Virus record (IMG/VR): IMGVR_UViG_3300033463_000022
Location: 86,542-147,056 of that record
Reading direction: 5' to 3' (one strand)
Length of the DNA: 60,515 bases
From: a virus
Lineage: Duplodnaviria; Heunggongvirae; Uroviricota; Caudoviricetes
Numbering within the stretch: position 1 is the first letter of the stretch; every line of letters starts with the position of its first letter. The notes below the pieces were generated by a model. That model ran no database searches. It saw nothing but the letters and a program-made list of their open reading frames with translations, and had not been told where the DNA came from. Shown piece by piece: positions 9,275-21,800 of this stretch. Position numbers and translations under genes: made by a program.

Positions 9275-10795
9275 ATGACAGAACAACAGCTAAGACAATG
9301 GATTGTTGATACTTTTATGTCTTATCTTGGTGCTAAACAAGGTTCAGCAAAGCATAAAGATATTATTGATACATATAACAACGATAAGCCATTGCCTCGT
9401 GGGTATAAAGTTTCTTATACCGATCCTTGGTGTGCAACTACGGTTTCTTCAATGGCAATAAAATGTAATATGAAGGATCTTATTCCGAAAGAATGCAGTT
9501 GCAAGGCTTAGATCTCCCTATTTCAGCAACTCGGAAGATGGCACGAGGATGATACCTACCGTCCGCAAATTGGGGATATAGTATATTACGACTGGGATGA
9601 TGGTCCTAATTATGCAACAACAGATGATAAGAAAGACCCTAACCACGTAGGTATGGTATGCGAATCAAATGGAGATTCGTTCAGTGTAATAGAGGGAAAT
9701 AAAGGTACACCTGGCTAGGTTGCTATTAGATATATGAAAGTAAATGGTCGCTATATCAGAGGATTTGGTCTACCAGACTATGCTAGTAAGGCAACTGAAC
9801 AATAGCCACAAGGACAGAAAGGTCTAAACACTTATACTAAAAATGGTGTTTTTGTAGTAGAAGTTCCCGTCAGTTGTTTTAAACTATCCATGCGAAATCA
9901 TAAAAAACGTGATATGGGACAGAACTATTGCAATGCCAATTTCTTTGCCACTTATTCAGAAGAAAATAAAACTGTTGACTTCACTTTGCCCGTTGGGCAT
10001 CTTGTATGCGATTATAAAGTAAATCCAAAAGAATCTAAGAGTGACAAGTATTGTGATAAATACTGTCACGAAAGAGGTACTTTTAATGATGATAAATTCA
10101 CCTTTGATTCAAATAAATGGTCTTTTGACAATGGATTCTTTGGTAACGCTCTTACCACACTATAGGTAAAGGGTGGCAAAGCCTGGATCAGCGACATTAT
10201 AAGTGTCCCCGCTGGACTAGATTATGCAGTAACAGGCATCCCAATTATGATTAAAGGCAAAGATGTGAGCTGGACTAATTATGTCAGGCCGCAAGGGTGG
10301 AATGGTTCCGAGTTATATGCTACTTCACATATCTTTGTAGGTATCAAACAAGAGTAGGCAGATATGATTTATGTCATGGGTTGGACGTCTAAAACTAATA
10401 ATATGGTATCTACTTCTGAAGCTTACAAAACATTTTCCGCACTCGGAATGTATAGCGTAATGAAGCTCGATGGCGGCGGAAGTTATTTCATTAATGCAAA
10501 TGGAACAACAAAAGCTACCACAGAGAATAGAAGAATAAATGCTATTATAGAGTTTGCGGCCGCCGGTACATAGTGCCCTTATACCGAGCCTTTTATTGCA
10601 CTTAAACAAGGTTCAAGTAGCACCACTGGTGTTAAATGGATACAATGGCAACTAAATAGGAAGGGCTATACTTGCGAGATTGATGGTTCTTTCGGGCCTA
10701 TCACAGACGTATTAGTGCGTCAATTCCAAAAAGCAAATAATATCGCGGTTGATGGCATCGTAGGACCCGCCACCCGCAAACTATTGAAAGGATGA
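9275..10795 (+). CDS. Modular endolysin: CHAP + phosphodiester-glycosidase(NAGPA)-like + PG-binding domain (506 aa, 6 TAG)
   Basis: DPWCAT...NHVGMV...VIEGN (CHAP); VMKLDGGGS (NAGPA-like); LKQGS...IDGSFGP...VDGIVGPATR (PG_binding_1-like). Track fragments 9275, 9890 and 10364 share one frame. Confidence 0.9.
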
Positions 10796-10802
10796 ATGAT
10801 TT

Positions 10803-11204
10803 ATGTCTCCAGAATTAATTCAACAAATCTTTACTTTAGTTCTCATTCCTCTTGCTGGAATCCTTGTAAGATTCTTGGTTGTCTTTCTAGAAGCTAAATG
10901 TACTGAGCTTCAAAGTAGAACAGACAATGAGAAAGCAAAGAAATATATGTCAATGATTACTGACACTATTACTCGCTGTGTTATTACCACCAATCAGACT
11001 TATGTTGATGCTCTTAAAGAACAAGGTGAGTTTGATGAAGCGGCACAGAAGATTGCTTTCCAGAAGACACTAAATGCGGTTATGTCTATCTTAACCGAAG
11101 ATACAAAGCATTATATAGAAGAAATTACAAGCGATATGCAAGAGTATTTGATCCAGTTAATTGAATCTGAGGTCAACAAAAATAAGCTTGTCGTCGAAGG
11201 ATAA
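10803..11204 (+). CDS. Holin (single N-terminal TM, LL-H-like)
   Basis: N-terminal hydrophobic helix; follows endolysin; no TAG. Confidence 0.75.
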   Translation: MSPELIQQIFTLVLIPLAGILVRFLVVFLEAKCTELQSRTDNEKAKKYMSMITDTITRCVITTNQTYVDALKEQGEFDEAAQKIAFQKTLNAVMSILTEDTKHYIEEITSDMQEYLIQLIESEVNKNKLVVEG

Positions 11205-11209
11205 AAAGA

Positions 11210-11249
11210 AAAAGGCTTCGCTCTTTAGAAATAAAGAGCGAAGCCTTTT
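11210..11249. terminator. Bidirectional intrinsic terminator
   Basis: AAAAGGCTTCGCTCTTTA-GAAA-TAAAGAGCGAAGCCTTTT between convergent lysis and tail units. Confidence 0.88.
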
Positions 11250-11255
11250 ATTTGT

Positions 11256-12464
11256 TTACTAGATAACTGTAATTAGTATATCTATAGAAACTGCTCCAGT
11301 AGAAGTATCTCTAGTGAAGGTCAGTGTTTGGTTTTCTGTATCAACATCAAGACTAATAATGGTATTATAAGCAGTTTTATTTGTCAATGGAGTAATCTAT
11401 AATGATTGTCCATCCAATAGCCAAGTTTGCCCACTGAGTATTGAAGTGGAGCTGTTATTGCTAAAATTAATTACTCGTCTATATACTTTTAATGTTTCTT
11501 CATCGTTCTCTGCATTAACACTCAATGAATCAACTTCACTAATTGAAGTAGAAAATTGAATATTTTGCCATCCAGGCTCTTGTGGTAGCTTAGGTTGAGA
11601 AAACCAAAAGCTAGTAATTGAGCCACCACTTTTTTTTAGCGTCACAGCAATAATTTCGTTTGTAGATTCGGTTTTAACGTTTGGTGATAGCATATTAAAT
11701 ACTGCTATAATTGACGCCTCAACGTTTTCAAAATTGAAATTATACGTTCCAGCTACCGGAACCCCATTACGAGCTATCTCCACTGTATTCTGTCCAACGC
11801 CAGTTTGTTCTAAATATAATGTTTCAATCACCTTAATAGGATTGTTGAAATTAATTGTTCCTAATAGTTCAACATCAGTGGAATTAGTAGCTACATAAAT
11901 ATTGCCAGAAATTGAGATATAATAATCTCCAGCTCCCATTCCTTGGACGGTCACTTCTCCGTTAACGGGGTCATTACCACTGAAGAATTTTGCTGCACGT
12001 TGAAGCTCCAAGTCCATACTGTAGTCGCCGGTGGTTTCGTTTTCAATAAAAGATCCTGTAGGCGCCCCTGCTGGTGGCTTTGTTTGTTTTACGGTTACAG
12101 TATTAAATCTCGCCGCACGTGGAAAAGTACACCACAACTTAGGAGTTAAAGTCCCTCCTCCTTCCACCTCTACGGCAGGAGGGGTTTTTGCCGTAATCCC
12201 CTATGTCCTAACATCAGCAGTCCAAACTGGTTTCGCTCCGCCCATTTCTGCTATAAGGGCCAGCCCAGTTGGTGTCTTAAACCAGACAGAACTGTCATAG
12301 TTTTTATCATCTGTTCCTGGTATCTAGTATGGATCGGAATATTTAACCTCTACATATGTGCCAAGAGGAATATTATCTGCATCTGCCATCATCTAGGTTT
12401 TAGATGTATACTATCTATATATTTCGAAATTTCGACCAGGAGGTCCTCCGTAAAATGCATCCAT
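11256..12464 (-). CDS. Tail-associated/receptor-binding-type protein (402 aa, recoded)
   Basis: ATG 12464 with AAGGAGG RBS (MDAFYGGPPGRNFEI...); read-through of TAGs to TAG-TAA at 11256; last gene of the tail operon. Confidence 0.7.
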
Positions 12465-12478
12465 TTCTTTATACCTCC

Positions 12479-12739
12479 TTAATCTTCCTAAATATAATCT
12501 ATAATATAATAGGCGGGCGTGGAGCCGTTCGTTCCTATCCCTAGCTATCTAATATAAAAACCATCAAAGTCTAATTCATACAAACCCGAATATCCTATTG
12601 TAATAACGGTATTATTAATTGTGAACTAGTCGCCTCTGGAGGCTTGAATACCTAATTTAATAATAGGATTTGTGTCTAAATCTGTAGGGATCTGTCCGCC
12701 TGAGCTAGCTCCCATTTTATATATCTAACCCAATTTCAT
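12479..12739 (-). CDS. Small tail-region protein (86 aa, 4 TAG)
   Basis: Manual translation MKLGQIYK...KLGIQASRGDQFTINN...ITIGYSGLYELD; AAGGAGG RBS. Confidence 0.75.
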
Positions 12740-12753
12740 AATTCTTACCTCCT

Positions 12754-14619
12754 TTATATTCTAGTCAGCACTTCCGTAGCTGTAATGGACATTGTTCCAT
12801 TATAGGTTAAAGGAAGCGAAAACTGAGTTATCTAATAATTACCATTTATCTAGCTTTCCTTATCATATACATAGATAATATTATTTACATCCATATAGTA
12901 TTTAGGAAGGCAAGTAATAGTTATAGTAGTGTTGTAGTTTAAGTTTTGATACAACACTTCTCTTAATTTATCGAAACAGCTAGCACCAGTGGTGCTAATA
13001 CTAAATAGACTCTTACGGGCTTGGTCGGTCAATAAAAAGACCTTCTTGCCATAACTCATCCAACGATTTCTAAGCTCTCTTCCTTCATCGGTATTAGGCA
13101 CAAATAATACCTCCGGCACATCTTTATTATAGATAACATTGGCGCCAGAGTCTTTTACTATCTTAGTGCGGCGACCGATTTTATTGACAGAATATTTTCC
13201 TACATCTGAGCCGGTATCTATGAAGTCAAGCCAGAAAGTGAGATTATCTGGATTAGTAGTGACAGTATTAGTCCACCCCATAGTATTATTGTCTTTTAAC
13301 TCATAAGCTTCTCTCCAGCTCTTGATTAGCTCTTGATCGTAATACTCTTGAGATACTCCGGTTTGCTACTAAGCAATTAAAGCCTAACGATATAGCTCTT
13401 CTCGCCACTCGGAGCATGGAGTGCCCCTTAGCTCAAGACCATTAACTGACTAAGGTTGAATTATATAACACTTATTAACAGTATCATAATATAAATACTA
13501 TAGTGCAAGATCTAACTGCGGTTTAGCGCATACAGATAAATGATAGCATATCTAAGTTTCTTTGTTCTTTGTACCATACACATAGAAGTCATTCTTCAAG
13601 TTATTATATTTGGGAGATCTAGTTATTTGAGTGGTAGTATCTAGATCTGTTAGGCTATATAAATACTTAGCATTATTATAATTCTTTAGGTAGTCCTCTG
13701 GTGTTAACTCATTAAGAGGACTAGCGGTATTGAGATAATTCTTTATTTGTTGAAAATGAAATACTCCTTGAACATCATAGAAGTATTCAAAGTTACCAAG
13801 CGTTTTGGCTATCTTGTCTAAGAGAGTAACTACTGTATCTCCAGCATTGAGAGTTAACTCACCAGGGTAGGTAAACTCAGTTTCCTCGTAACCTACATCA
13901 TCGCCATTACCATAGATCCGATTTCCATGGTCTACTTCAGCATCAGTAAAAGAAAAGCTAGAATAGGTTTCCGAAAACTAGATATGTTTACTACCAATAT
14001 ACTTGACTAACTACACTACATAATCATCAACATCAGTAATCACTATCTTATCTGAATCTTCCCCACCATAGTGATTAACTGCTTCAAAAATTATGTCATA
14101 TATCTTAGCATCCAATCTCTCAATTGAACCATCGTCATGCTATATCTCTTTCTCGTTGGCAACAAGAGTAGCAGGAATCGTACCGCCGCAAGTACCATCT
14201 AACTAACACATCTTATCTCGTCCTTGTATGCTAATAGTCCAATTGCCGGTACTTCTACTTATCGAAACGCTAGTAAGAAAGAATGTTCCGCAAGGAAACC
14301 ACACAGGAGAACCATAGTTCTAATACTAAGGCAGCGGATTATCATATCCTATATATATTCTAACCTTCTTATCTATTGCTATATCGTTATTCAAATCCTC
14401 TATATTAGAGACTTGCGGCGATGCTAGCATCGTGAGGTTTATAGTGCGGCGAACCGCGGAGGATGCATTTACATTTAGCGTCCCCGCGGTAATAGCGCCT
14501 TCGATAGTTTTTATCGGACGTTCATCAAAAGTCAGAAGAACAATCTTAGCATAATGTGTGCGGATTTGAAGTTTATCAAGGGCGGTCAGAAATTCCATAT
14601 CATTAAGGTAATTATCCAT
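12754..14619 (-). CDS. Tail tip/baseplate hub-like protein (621 aa, recoded)
   Basis: Track fragments 14326-14649 and 12850-13281 share a frame; ends NGTMSITATEVLTRI-TAA; synteny. Confidence 0.75.
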
Positions 14620-17449
14620 TTCCACCACTCTCCTCGTAATAAATCTCATAGAGGCAATTTATCTATCCGCCTGGGGCGAGATTATTTATAAATTGGATAT
14701 CTTTAATAAATGTTGCAGGTTCCAATTTATAACCATTCGGCTCAATAACTTCTACGACCGATTCATCTTTTAGATTCTTGACATTTAATTGAGCATAACC
14801 AGATATTGAAATAGACAAAATGCTATTTATCTTAATATCTTCGTTATTACCCTTAAGAAGAGATGTAAGCCACTCACCAGCTACGTTAGAGCCGTCATTC
14901 TGCCATAATAGTATCTTACTATACCAAATTGTTGCAGCGCTATTATTACTTCCTCCATTAGCTTTTTTATATTTAACTTCATAAATGCAGTTAATATGAA
15001 GTGCAGAATCTGGAGGCGCTCCTTGACCAAATGAGACACTTAATTCGGTAATATCTTGCTCATTTGCTATGTTATCGGGGAGTTCAAAGTAGGTTCCTAA
15101 TGCTCGTTCTTCTGTAATTGTTCCAGATATATTATATGAGGGCGGAGTAGTATCCATCCAAACATTATACAAACTACCACCGTAGCCTATACCGGAATCT
15201 ATCCACAAACGCTTTATTGTGGTGGTATTAATATTATACCCAGTGAGCTGAGGGCATTCATTTTCTATTTTATTGATGATATTTTTCTCTTCGCTTGATG
15301 GAGTGATGACATATGAGCAAAGCTAATTGTCTAAAGTGAAAAATTCAGTATCTTCTATGTCAGTTATAACCTTAATAATGCCAGCATTCTTAAGGCTATC
15401 AACAGAGTTATCCATGACTTCGTAAGCAGTAGCGGAGAAATCAAATAACATACGGCCTAGCTGTTTGCGGGGCGACAATGTTACATTCATCAAGCCTATA
15501 ACGATATTGCCCTCGGTGGGCGAGCGATAAAGCTTGTAGGTAAAATCATTAAGGAACTCCTCGACTTTCTCGCGGAACTTGCGCTCCATGAAGATATTGT
15601 CGTAGGAGAGATCTGTCTTATGATAATCAAGAGAAGAGGAGAAAAGGTTGCTCGCGGCCGCCGCGGTTCCGGACGGTTCGCTAGACCCCTAGCTACTACC
15701 GACCTCACCCGCCGCAGGCTCACTATTCGCAGAAGCAATCAAATCATCTGGTCGAGGATATGTATCACCTGGCTCATATCCAGTCTTATGGGTAAAGGGC
15801 GGTTTCAAAGACTCCGGATTTTCTGGTTTCGGGGCGTAATAATCTCTCTTACTCTTAGTGTCTTCCCTTATCGACCTGCCAGCAACGACTAGCTCGTCCC
15901 TATAGTACCAACCATCTACCTCTTGCTTAAAGAATGTAGAATCTTCATCTGTATTAATAGTAATTAATCCCTTAATCGGGAATTCCGCATAATAGGCATT
16001 ACCATTAGCAACCAGATGGGGATATTTATCTCCTAATGTATCTTGCTTAGCTCTCAACACAGTATGCTTAAAGCTAGATACGTCGTTATCAAATTTAAGA
16101 GCTAGCTATACGCCATCACGATATATGTAGCTATACTCAAGATTATTAACATAATAATCTGCCGTTATAATTGGTCTACTTTGATTGCCAGAAGTATCCT
16201 CTTTTTGCATAGCATATTTATATCTTACTCCACTTTCAATAGTAAAGTCAGTATAAACTGTTGCACCATCTTTATATTTCTCCTAGCCCTCTTGCTCATC
16301 TATAGGCTAATAAAAAGAGAATAGTTCATCAAATGAAACATAATTGTCCGCTTCAGAGGAGCGTAACACTGTATAAATTCCGCTATAGAGCTTTGGAGTT
16401 TTTAATATTACTTCAATACATCCATTCTCTAAGCAGTATTGAGAATCCGAATTACAATATACAATTGCTTCTGGAAATATTATTGGGTTCTCTGGCAAAC
16501 TATAAGGTTCTTCTTTATAAAGCGAATATCCATTTTCTGTCTCTACTTCATATTTAATTTGATAATGAAGTCCATTCATTATCTAGTATTTAAATTTATA
16601 CTAATCACTCTCTGTATTTGGATCATGGTATAACCACCCAGAATTTTCAAGCTCTTCGCCGTTTTTCTTGAGGGTAAAACGATATAATTTTTCTGCCTCT
16701 TTATTTTCAACCAAAGAAGTATAATAACCTGTAGCAAGCTATCCATTCACCACAACAGAAAGGGAAATGCCGCTTGTATCAATTGCTTTGATAACAAGCA
16801 CGTTAGACCATTCGGAAAGCGCACCAATAGTGTTTATTTGGTCTTTCTTCCAGTCTGCAAATGACTAGCCCGAAAATAGCGGCCATAGACCATTTACACC
16901 AAGCCTTACTTGGATTTTATAAAGAATACCGGCTTGCCACGGAAGCTAGAAAAATTTCTGACTTGACTGATCTACAGATATTATTTTATTATCTTTTAAA
17001 ATTATTTCAGATACATTTGCAATAGATACATAGCCATTATCATAATAGAACCTTATGTTTGTATCATAAGAAAAAGAAGTTACAGCTGTTGTTCCATTTT
17101 TTACAGATGTAATATTCTTCGTTGTTCCATCATTCTTCTTAACGCTAGAAACCTAATTAGAATAAATTGTTTCTATAACAAACCAATCGTTCTTTACAGA
17201 AATTTTCCATTTATTATTCCCTAGCGACTCTAACGCAGGGTCATTTTTAGCAAGATACCTAATATTATCAGGACTTTTATCAGTAGAAGGAATTACCGAG
17301 CTGTTATTTGACTGTTTAGTAATCAAAACTTCAACATGCAAAAAATCACTCTATCCAGTAACCTAGCTTAGCTAAAACTCAAAGCTTGGCTCCTCCAAAA
17401 TAGAAAAAACCTTCTCTGCACTCGGCAAAGAAGGAGGAAAAAGTGCCAT
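14612..17449 (-). CDS. Large tail/baseplate structural protein (945 aa, recoded)
   Basis: Five track fragments (14663, 15323, 15689, 16307, 17153) in one frame; ATG 17449 with AAGGAGG; YKLYRSPTEGNIV distal-tail-like segment. Confidence 0.75.
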
Positions 17450-17549
17450 ATTTAATTACGCCTCCTTTTACTCTATCTATTTACTTTGAAAAATCTATAA
17501 CCAAAATAAATAATACTTGCCCAGCCTATAAAGCCAAAGAGGAAGAGGG

Positions 17550-17921
17550 TTAACCCTCTTCCTCTATAAGTGGATATAACTGTTCCATTACCTGTACCGA
17601 TAGCTCTACATGGTCGAGGTCTGAAAGCTTAATCTTGATAAGAGATACATCATTGTCAACCTTATCTAAAGCTTCTAACTCCTCAGTTACCTTCTGACGA
17701 TTCTCAGGAGGTATATTGAACATACCGGGGTTGGCTTCGTCGCGAGTGCCGTAGGTTTCTAGAACCTTTATACGGCTCTCTGCCATATCTTCAACAATAG
17801 GTTGAAGAAGTTTGATATTGCGGGTAATGGTAAAAGATGTGCGTGCGGGCAGGCGCATAGTAGCGTCCTGCCGCACGGTTGCAAGCCCGTTAAAAAGGGA
17901 CTGAATTTCGAAGTTTGTCAT
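17550..17921 (-). CDS. Small tail-fibre-associated protein (chaperone-like)
   Basis: 123-aa TAG-free ORF with AGGAG RBS downstream of fibre genes; function by synteny only. Confidence 0.7.
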   Translation of the reverse strand: MTNFEIQSLFNGLATVRQDATMRLPARTSFTITRNIKLLQPIVEDMAESRIKVLETYGTRDEANPGMFNIPPENRQKVTEELEALDKVDNDVSLIKIKLSDLDHVELSVQVMEQLYPLIEEEG

Positions 17922-17945
17922 CGTTGGTTTCTCCTTTTACTCTTG

Positions 17946-18842
17946 TTAGGATGATGGTTTCCATCCATTGACGTAGATATAGGTGTCTGCTTTTTGCCAT
18001 TTTAAAGTATCGTTTACATAAATATAGGGCGTTGCTTTTTTCCAAGTATCATTTATATAAATCCATACTTCACATCCATGAGACTTCTATTCCCATTTGG
18101 CAATAAAAGTATAAGTGGTGCCGGTTTCAGAAGCTTCAAATTCATTATTATAAGTTTTCTCTGCTTCGTAGGTATGAATTCCACCGCCGGCATCAATAGT
18201 TTGCCATCCCTTAAAATCATAATCAGTCTTTGTGGGTGCTGATTTTAAAGTATATGAAGGGATGGTAACGGTACTATAATATAAGGTTTCAGTTGATGGT
18301 GTTGGACTTCCACCATTACTATCATATATAAAAGTGCATTTATATGGTAAATCTTCCCAGTGGGCTTCTACTACATATGTTCCCGATTTAAAATCTACTG
18401 ACTCATTTGGCTGCCAGGTCGATGCTGACCAACTAATTTTCCAATATTTAAAAGTTTTTCCTTCTTTTGTGCCTGGATGAGGCATAATAACCGTTATATA
18501 TTCAGTGCTCGAATCCTAGTCAATATCATGACCTGTATATCCAGTGCCATAATTAATAAAGGTAATAGTATGGTGATAGTTAGTTCCTGTGGTAACAGCA
18601 TCATTTAATTCATAGATCTGGCCGCCTATGGCTCTCTGCCAAGCACTAATCCCATATGTAGTATTATAATCTAAGCTCGTAAACACTCTTGTCCGTGAAC
18701 TTATAGATGGAGATGGGTCGTCTTCGATTAAAGCTCCGTCTTTGTACAAGTCGATATGAATTTGACCTTGGTTATCACCTTCCGCGACGGCTCTAATGGA
18801 ATTTTTATTTTCAACCGTACATGTTAAACTAGTAAGTGCCAT
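17946..18842 (-). CDS. Virion protein with InlB B-repeat (Listeria-Bacteroides repeat)-like domains (298 aa, recoded)
   Basis: YDSNGGS...APTKTDYDFKGWQT and PGTKEGKTFKYW repeat motifs; C-terminal WIYINDTWKKATPYIY; track ORFs 18516 and 18087 are in frame. Confidence 0.72.
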
Positions 18843-18853
18843 AATCAATTACC

Positions 18854-21800
18854 TCAACTGTTAGAGTATACAAAAAGCAGCTAACCAGAAGTGCCGCTCG
18901 TAGAGGCGGTAGGAGCAGTATCTGTATAATTGTCGCTAGAGAGTGTTATTGCTTTGGCGGTTAATGATATTAAGTCAGTTGTCCTTGTATGAGCTACGGA
19001 CGTATCGCCCTTCTCTCCTATGTAAATACGGGCTTTTTTGGTAGAGGGATCAGTTGAACTTTTTTGAGCATATATGCTAATATCAGAATTGCATTTTATA
19101 TAAAAATTCGTCTCCGCCTCCATAAGTAAACCCTATGCCCAACCAGTTATTGAACCCCATTTGGTACGACTGGTGTCTCCTGATTGCTTAGCATAAATAC
19201 CAAATTCTCCACCAGATATTTCGGTAGAATAAGTATACATTCCAGAAGTTTTAGAAGTAACAAATATTCCACCCTTACAATCAACGGAACCATCGTTTTT
19301 TACTCCAAAGTGAGCAGTATCATTATCATTAAATTTATTTACTGAACCATTTTTACCTTCTTCATATGTAACCGCTTTATTACTTGCCCAGAACCAAAAG
19401 TTTCCATCATTAGAAATACCAACCTTATTATCCGAATTATTAATTCCATAATTATTAATTTTCCAGCCACTAGTGTCACTACTCCCGATAAAACCCGACG
19501 TCGCTTTTATTTCTCCTTTAACTGTTAGTCCATTGTTATTTACAACAAATTTATCACCGAATTTAAATTCTGTTTTGCCTAAGCAAACACTCTCATCACT
19601 ATTTTTTAATTTGTTGCTCGCTATCGTCCATCCGCCTATCTCGCCGCTCGTTGCGGCGATTTTCCCTTGGATTTCGGCGTTTCTACATTGCATTTCTCCC
19701 GCGGAGTTTACATAGAACCAAGTGGTTCCAGAAATACTAAAGGAAGAGGCGTAATAAGTTGTGGCAGAAGAAGAATTCGAAAACGTAAAGCTATATTGAT
19801 ATTTTCCATTGCCACCAGTATCAGTAACATTATAAATTGTTGTGTCCTAACTAATTGGTGTTCCGCTCGTCGCAGTAGGAGAATTATAATAGTAAGAGCC
19901 TCCTTTTAGTATCGCCTATGTATAGGAGCCTCGGCCGGTATTACTATCAACGGAAAGATTATCGCCAACCCAGAACCTTAAAGTCCCCTAGTTTGACATA
20001 CCAACTTTGCCGTTATTACTATAAATACCAGAACTAGAAATCGTCCAGCTGCCGATAGTGCCGCCTTTTCCTGCATGTATCGTACCCGTAATATAAGCGT
20101 CTGTTGCCTTTAGGTAGCCGGAATCGGTAACAGAAAATTTCGCAGTATCTGGAGAAGTGGAAGATGAACCAGCCCAGATGCGATATTGATAACTAGAATT
20201 ATCGACCCATATAATCTCTCCATTTTCTAATGTAAAGTTTTTTACTTCAGCAATCGGAATTTGGTTTCCAATGGGAGTGAAAGTTGATTTATCTAAAATA
20301 CTAAATTTTATATTCTTTGAATAACCATTTATATTAATTCCATGTCCATCGTCGTCAAAGTTATATATTATTATTAAATAATCTTCGTCTGTATAAGTAT
20401 TATTATTTTTTAATACAAGCTATTTTAAATTAGTGGCGGAACGAATTTCTGAATGTACGAATTCGCTTCCGCTATATAATGTTACACGACCGCCGGTAAG
20501 CTTATCTTCATTAATCGCCCAACCGTGAGTATCACTATTACTTCCGCCAATCTTTCCCTCAATAGCATATATCTTGCCATTAATCTCAGCTTCTTGGGCA
20601 TAAACTTTTCCGCCATAAGAGACCTCAAACATTCCTTTATTAGTATTATATTTACCAACTTGAATTGCAGGGGTGTCTTTATGCGAAGAAGAACTCTCTC
20701 CTTTGTTCAGGCGAAGAATCATCCCATCTTCGTCTAGCACTGCGGAACTAGCATCTTTATCTTTTATGCAATTTCCGCCAGCAATAACGGCAGACGTACC
20801 ATCAATCCAAATTCTTCCGCCGCCATCTGCTCTGCCAAAGAAGGCTTTTCCATTATCCATGAGCCCAAAAGAATTAACGCCAGTCTCGTATCCATAAAGA
20901 CCAATCCTCTGCTGCTAACTATCGCGCCCCATGACAACGCCAGTAAACTAGTTATTACTATTCTTCTCGCCAGCGCCTATCTGAGGAGCGAAGATATACT
21001 GCCCATTTCCGTCGATATCAAGAGCTGTACCATCCCAGCCATTAATAGCTTCATTACCGTAGGTATTTAAATGGAGAATAATTGGGTGATCAACATAGTT
21101 GTTAGAATTTGTTTTACAACGTAAAAAACCTACTTGTGTATTTGGTATAAGTTTATCAACTTCTACATCATTAGTATTTGCATAATATCGCACACTGTTT
21201 TTCGTAAATGACCAAGTTCTGCTATTAGTTCTTGTCACATTTGTATTTGCTGTTACTTGTCCTGCAACATTTATACAATCAGAATCATTGTAGTAATTTC
21301 TTGCTTTCGGCAAAACGCCGCTAATAGGCATACTTGCCCCATCAAAAAACAAAGGAACATTTAAACTATAATTACTCGTACTTCCTTCGCGACTTACAGA
21401 AACAATAGAGCCAGTTAGCTTAGAAATTGTACCAGAAAAATTAAAATTAATTTTAGAATTTGGAGCATAACCGCTAGAACTATAAACTACTTCTGTCGGT
21501 ACTCCGCTAATATCAGCACCGTTACCTTTTTTTACATCTATTGGAAATATATCTCTGATGACTGTTGTTACCGGTTCACCATTACGTAAAGATTCTGTCT
21601 TATCTTTGATGGTAGCCTCACACTAAAGAAAAATTGGAGTAGGCGAAGAAAAATCATAGTTAGAAAGTGTATAATCATATGTCTTATTTGTTTCTCCAAT
21701 AATTTTTTCTACACCGCTATACCATTGATAAGATATTAGATAAGCTGAATTATCAGAAGTTATTTCACTGCCATCTTTATAAACATAACAAGTTAATGTT

